Part shown: positions 60,638-64,000 of the stretch, piece by piece
Numbering within the stretch: position 1 is the first letter of the stretch
Layout of the letters: every line of letters starts with the position of its first letter
IMG/VR virus record: IMGVR_UViG_3300020048_000024
Span: 32,001 to 96,000 of that record
From: a virus
DNA: 64,000 nt
Direction: 5' to 3' (one strand)
Notes under the pieces: generated by a model
Databases searched by the model: none
Seen by the model: the letters and a program-made list of their open reading frames with translations, nothing else
Told to the model about the DNA's origin: nothing
Translations under genes and position numbers: made by a program

Positions 60638-61990
60638 ATGAAAATGTCCGAAATCATCAATGATGATATTATTTCTAAAGATAAACGAAAATCAAGTGAA
60701 TGGGTAAAACCACGAACTGCACCTATAGCACGAGACTATTTCGGAAATAAATCTACACAACAAAAACCAATTGATCGTGAAGTTCAAAAGAAATCCAGAC
60801 AAAAAGAATGGTTTGAAGAAGGACAAGAAACATCCACTAATATTCATCAAATACTGTTCAATATTTTGAAAAGTGGTGATGCTGATGAATTGAGTAATTT
60901 CTTAAGAACTCACAGTGAGTTATCCAATGATCCTGCATTTAAAACAGCACAGAAGATACTAAAGACATGGAAAGAAATAAGTTCTGATGTTTCAAATTAT
61001 AAATCTGGCAGACAAAATTATCAAATTACAGACGAAGAGTCATTAGACAATACACTTAACATGACCGCATTCGAAGATACAGCTCCCTTAGATAGTAAGT
61101 ATACGGTATGTTCTAAGGGCAGCAATCAGCCTACACTACTGTATCATACTAAGCATGAAGCAGAAGAAGCTTCTAGCAAAATTCCTGGCTCTACAGTTAG
61201 ACTAGTAGTACCAAAAACAAAAACTGGACAAATGGGAGAGGGTAGCATGAAAGCTGCTACTCGTAAACCACAAGGATCAAAATTCGGTGGCTACTATAAG
61301 GGAACTCAAAAGGGTGCTCCAAAACCAAATCAAAGTTTTGGAAGCACTGATGAAAGCATAGAATTAGATGAGTTCGCTCCAAGCAAGGGTTATCCGGGTT
61401 ATGTTAACTCATCTGATACTGACGGCAGCCCTCCTACAGCACCACCTGCTCCACCCGCACCACCCACTACCTCTTCAAGACGAGGGCGTGACGATGACGA
61501 TGATGGTGAATTTTTTCTAGACTTAGACAGTGTCGGAGGAGTAGGCGGTCGCGACAAAAACGGTAAACACAAAGTCTATACTAAGTATCAGTTTAGCATC
61601 TATCAACAAGCAACACCAGTTGGCAAGCATCACAATGATGATTTAATTCCAGTTGGTGATTATCCTTCTGGTGACTATTTTTTTGTAAAAGAAGTGGGTC
61701 ATTGTGAATTGGACGAATCTAAAGGAAATAGTCTGAAAGGTTATGTATTTGTTCAAGGTCAAGGTAGAAAGTTTTTTAATTATGACATGAGCGACAATTC
61801 TAACCCAATGGTTAGACAAGCACAAGACAAAATTGAAGATAGTCAAAAAGACTTAAAGGAAGTTGCTCCTCCAGGAAAAGAGAAATTGGTTAGAAAACTG
61901 AAAAAAGAATATCCAGGACATCCAGAAAAAGCATTTGCCACTGCATGGGCAATAAAAAATAAAACAGTAAATAACAAAGGTAAAAAATAA
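60638..61990 (+). CDS. Late protein with MKMSE leader, putative internal-head polyprotein
   Basis: MKMSEII; MGE/G, IELDE/F, LKE/V motifs; C-terminal VAPPGKEKLVRKLKKEY..AFATAW module. Confidence 0.6.
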   Translation: MKMSEIINDDIISKDKRKSSEWVKPRTAPIARDYFGNKSTQQKPIDREVQKKSRQKEWFEEGQETSTNIHQILFNILKSGDADELSNFLRTHSELSNDPAFKTAQKILKTWKEISSDVSNYKSGRQNYQITDEESLDNTLNMTAFEDTAPLDSKYTVCSKGSNQPTLLYHTKHEAEEASSKIPGSTVRLVVPKTKTGQMGEGSMKAATRKPQGSKFGGYYKGTQKGAPKPNQSFGSTDESIELDEFAPSKGYPGYVNSSDTDGSPPTAPPAPPAPPTTSSRRGRDDDDDGEFFLDLDSVGGVGGRDKNGKHKVYTKYQFSIYQQATPVGKHHNDDLIPVGDYPSGDYFFVKEVGHCELDESKGNSLKGYVFVQGQGRKFFNYDMSDNSNPMVRQAQDKIEDSQKDLKEVAPPGKEKLVRKLKKEYPGHPEKAFATAWAIKNKTVNNKGKK

Positions 61991-62430
61991 TGTTAGCAGA
62001 TAATTTAAAAATACTATTAGGTAGTACATATGGTCTTTATTTTAAGACTACTGGGTTTCATTGGAACGTGGAAGGAACTGATTTCCCACAGTATCACGAT
62101 TTTTTAAACGAATACTACGGTGAGATTTATGGATCGGCTGATACAATTGCTGAGTATATTCGTAGTCTGGATTCTTATGCACCGGGAAGTATGTCACGAA
62201 TGACAGAGTTAAGCGTTATTCAAGATCAGCCTAAGATTCCACGAGCAGAATTGATGTTCGTTGAATTACTACAAGACACAGAAACGTTAATTCAATTGGT
62301 ACAAACAATATTTGATGAAGCTACAGCCGAAAGACAGCAAGGTATAGCCAATTTCATGGCCGATTTGCAAGATTTGTACAGTAAAAAGCGTTGGATGCTC
62401 AGATCAATACTTAAAAAAGAACGCGGATGA
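61990..62430 (+). CDS. dps: Dps/ferritin-like DNA-protection protein
   Basis: FHWNVEG.DF.QYH.FL.E.Y, D.IAEYIR.L, K..WML ferroxidase-centre motifs. Confidence 0.9.
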   Translation: MLADNLKILLGSTYGLYFKTTGFHWNVEGTDFPQYHDFLNEYYGEIYGSADTIAEYIRSLDSYAPGSMSRMTELSVIQDQPKIPRAELMFVELLQDTETLIQLVQTIFDEATAERQQGIANFMADLQDLYSKKRWMLRSILKKERG

Positions 62431-62696
62431 AAATTTCCGAATTACTAAACGAAAGAATTAATGAGAATATGGATCATAGTAAAGATGATCAAGCGGTCCC
62501 ACAATTAAAGGCTGCATTATTGGCTCAAAAGAAAAAGATTCAATCTGTTAAAGATGACGAAGATGCCGTTTATGACATTATTGATGGCATGATGACTAGT
62601 ATTGCCAAAGCTCACAGCATTAGTGGTCAAAAACTACACGATATGTGGACCAAAACGTACAAAGAAATACCTGATACTTGGATCATGCATCAGTAA
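62427..62696 (+). CDS. Small protein with MKISE leader
   Basis: MKISELLNERINE; ATGA-coupled to dps. Confidence 0.65.
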   Translation: MKISELLNERINENMDHSKDDQAVPQLKAALLAQKKKIQSVKDDEDAVYDIIDGMMTSIAKAHSISGQKLHDMWTKTYKEIPDTWIMHQ

Positions 62697-62711
62697 TCTT
62701 ACCAATATATA

Positions 62712-62739
62712 TTGACATTTAGCACAACTCCTGTATAAT
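62712..62739 (+). promoter_or_regulatory. Sigma70-type promoter for replication genes
   Basis: TTGACA 62712-17, 16 bp, TATAAT 62734-39. Confidence 0.65.
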
Positions 62740-62764
62740 AAGTATTATCTCAAAAGGAGTAACA

Positions 62765-63043
62765 ATGTCAGACACACAAGAACACGATCAAACAATGTTT
62801 ACGAATGATCAAAAACTTAAACTTAACCAATTAATCAATGAGGGCATGCAAATCATGAACGAAGTTGAAACTCTCAATGGTGGTTTAGCCGATACAATTA
62901 AGGCAATGGCAGAAGAAATGAACATCAAAGCCACTGTTCTGAAAAAAGCAATTAAAATTGCTCATAAAATGGAATTCGGTCAAACACAACGAGATCACGA
63001 ATTACTCGAAAATATTCTGACTACTGTAGGAAAGACTCTTTAA
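62765..63043 (+). CDS. Small helical dsDNA-binding protein, T4 DsbA/GapR-like
   Basis: 92 aa, L..LI.E......E...L.D.IK..AEE..I....L.KAI..AHK pattern; AAGGAG SD. Confidence 0.5.
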   Translation: MSDTQEHDQTMFTNDQKLKLNQLINEGMQIMNEVETLNGGLADTIKAMAEEMNIKATVLKKAIKIAHKMEFGQTQRDHELLENILTTVGKTL

Positions 63044-64000
63044 TGAGTTATGTCGATTGTCTGCATGATCGTGATAAAGACGTTATTCATGTAGTAGAAC
63101 GAGTTGACGGGAAACGTATTTATAAAGAGTATCCAACGAACTACGTATTGTATTACGAAGATTCAAAAGGAAAATATCGTTCTGTATACGACGATTCTCT
63201 AAGCAAATTTTCTTGTAGAAAGCGAACTGAGTTTCAAAAAGAACTTAGAATGCACTCTAACAAGAAAATATTTGAAAGCGATGTTAATCCAGTTTTTCGT
63301 ATGCTATCAGATAATTATCTTGGCAAAGAAAGCCCTAAACTTCATACATGCTTTTTCGACATTGAAACCGACTTTGATCCACAAAAAGGTTTTGCACCAA
63401 CCACTGATCCATTTAATCCAGTTACCGCTATATCATTATATCTAGATTGGGCTCAGCAATTAGTTACTCTTTGTATTCCTCCTAGACACATGGATCCAGA
63501 AACTGCAACAGAGATAGCTAACTCGTTTGAAAACATATTTGTCTTTAACAACGAGACTGATATGTTCAATTTATTCTTTGAATTGATCGAAGATGCAGAT
63601 GTACTAACTGGCTGGAACTCAGCAGGCTATGACATTCCGTACATGGTTAATAGAGTTACTAGAGTAATGTCTAAAGACGATACTCGTAGATTCTGTTTAT
63701 GGAATCAATTACCAAAAGCTAGAACCTATGTAATGTTCGATCAAGAACAGGAAACATATGATCTAAGCGGTAGAATTCACATGGACTATCTAGAACTGTA
63801 CAAGAAATATAACTACGAATCACGACATAGTTATAAGTTAGATAGTATTGGTGAAATGGAAGTGGGTGAAAACAAAACTCAATACGAAGGATCACTTGAT
63901 CAACTATACAATAAAGATTGGCGTAAGTTTTTAGAATACAATCGTCAAGATACAATGTTGTTGTTTAAGATTCATGACAAATTAGAGTTTTTATATCTAG
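63043..64000 (+). CDS. Family B DNA polymerase, N-terminal/3'-5' exonuclease part (3'-truncated; missing from ORF track)
   Basis: Open from ATG 63043 to window end; ExoI FFDIET, ExoII TGWNSAGYDIPY, SYKLD.IG, ExoIII YNRQD. Confidence 0.9.
   Translation, partial: MSYVDCLHDRDKDVIHVVERVDGKRIYKEYPTNYVLYYEDSKGKYRSVYDDSLSKFSCRKRTEFQKELRMHSNKKIFESDVNPVFRMLSDNYLGKESPKLHTCFFDIETDFDPQKGFAPTTDPFNPVTAISLYLDWAQQLVTLCIPPRHMDPETATEIANSFENIFVFNNETDMFNLFFELIEDADVLTGWNSAGYDIPYMVNRVTRVMSKDDTRRFCLWNQLPKARTYVMFDQEQETYDLSGRIHMDYLELYKKYNYESRHSYKLDSIGEMEVGENKTQYEGSLDQLYNKDWRKFLEYNRQDTMLLFKIHDKLEFLYL

Overview
AT-rich, densely coding 64-kb segment of a large T4-like (contractile-tail) bacteriophage genome, standard genetic code. 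From left to right: (1) baseplate/tail morphogenesis operon (1-27.3 kb: tube-initiator-like, gp53-like, hub, gp5/VgrG-like spike with a long Gly-rich extension, gp25-, gp6-like and a 4006-aa wedge/adhesin, fibre proteins); (2) a glycosyltransferase / radical-SAM / 2OG-oxygenase / UDP-glucose dehydrogenase / methyltransferase cluster (27.6-41.4 kb); (3) minus-strand late genes (possible ADP-ribosyltransferase, two protein kinases, a Tat-signal protein), an ABC-ATPase-GNAT fusion and a circularly permuted two-piece tmRNA (41.4-46.5 kb); (4) an early region with sigma70-type promoters and small ORFs, MoxR ATPase + VWA/metallopeptidase, thyX, epimerase (46.5-55.1 kb); (5) zincin, collagen-like fibre, two low-complexity proteins punctuated by [LIVM]-x-E motifs, Dps, a DsbA/GapR-like protein and the 5' part of a family-B DNA polymerase. 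The most striking pattern is a set of late proteins sharing an N-terminal 'M-K-x-x-E-[ILF]-x-x-E' leader resembling T4 capsid-targeting sequences; in two cases a Tat or Sec signal peptide lies directly behind a putative prohead-protease site, suggesting head-packaged cargo whose export signals are unmasked by maturation cleavage. All product calls come from motif recognition by eye, not database searches.
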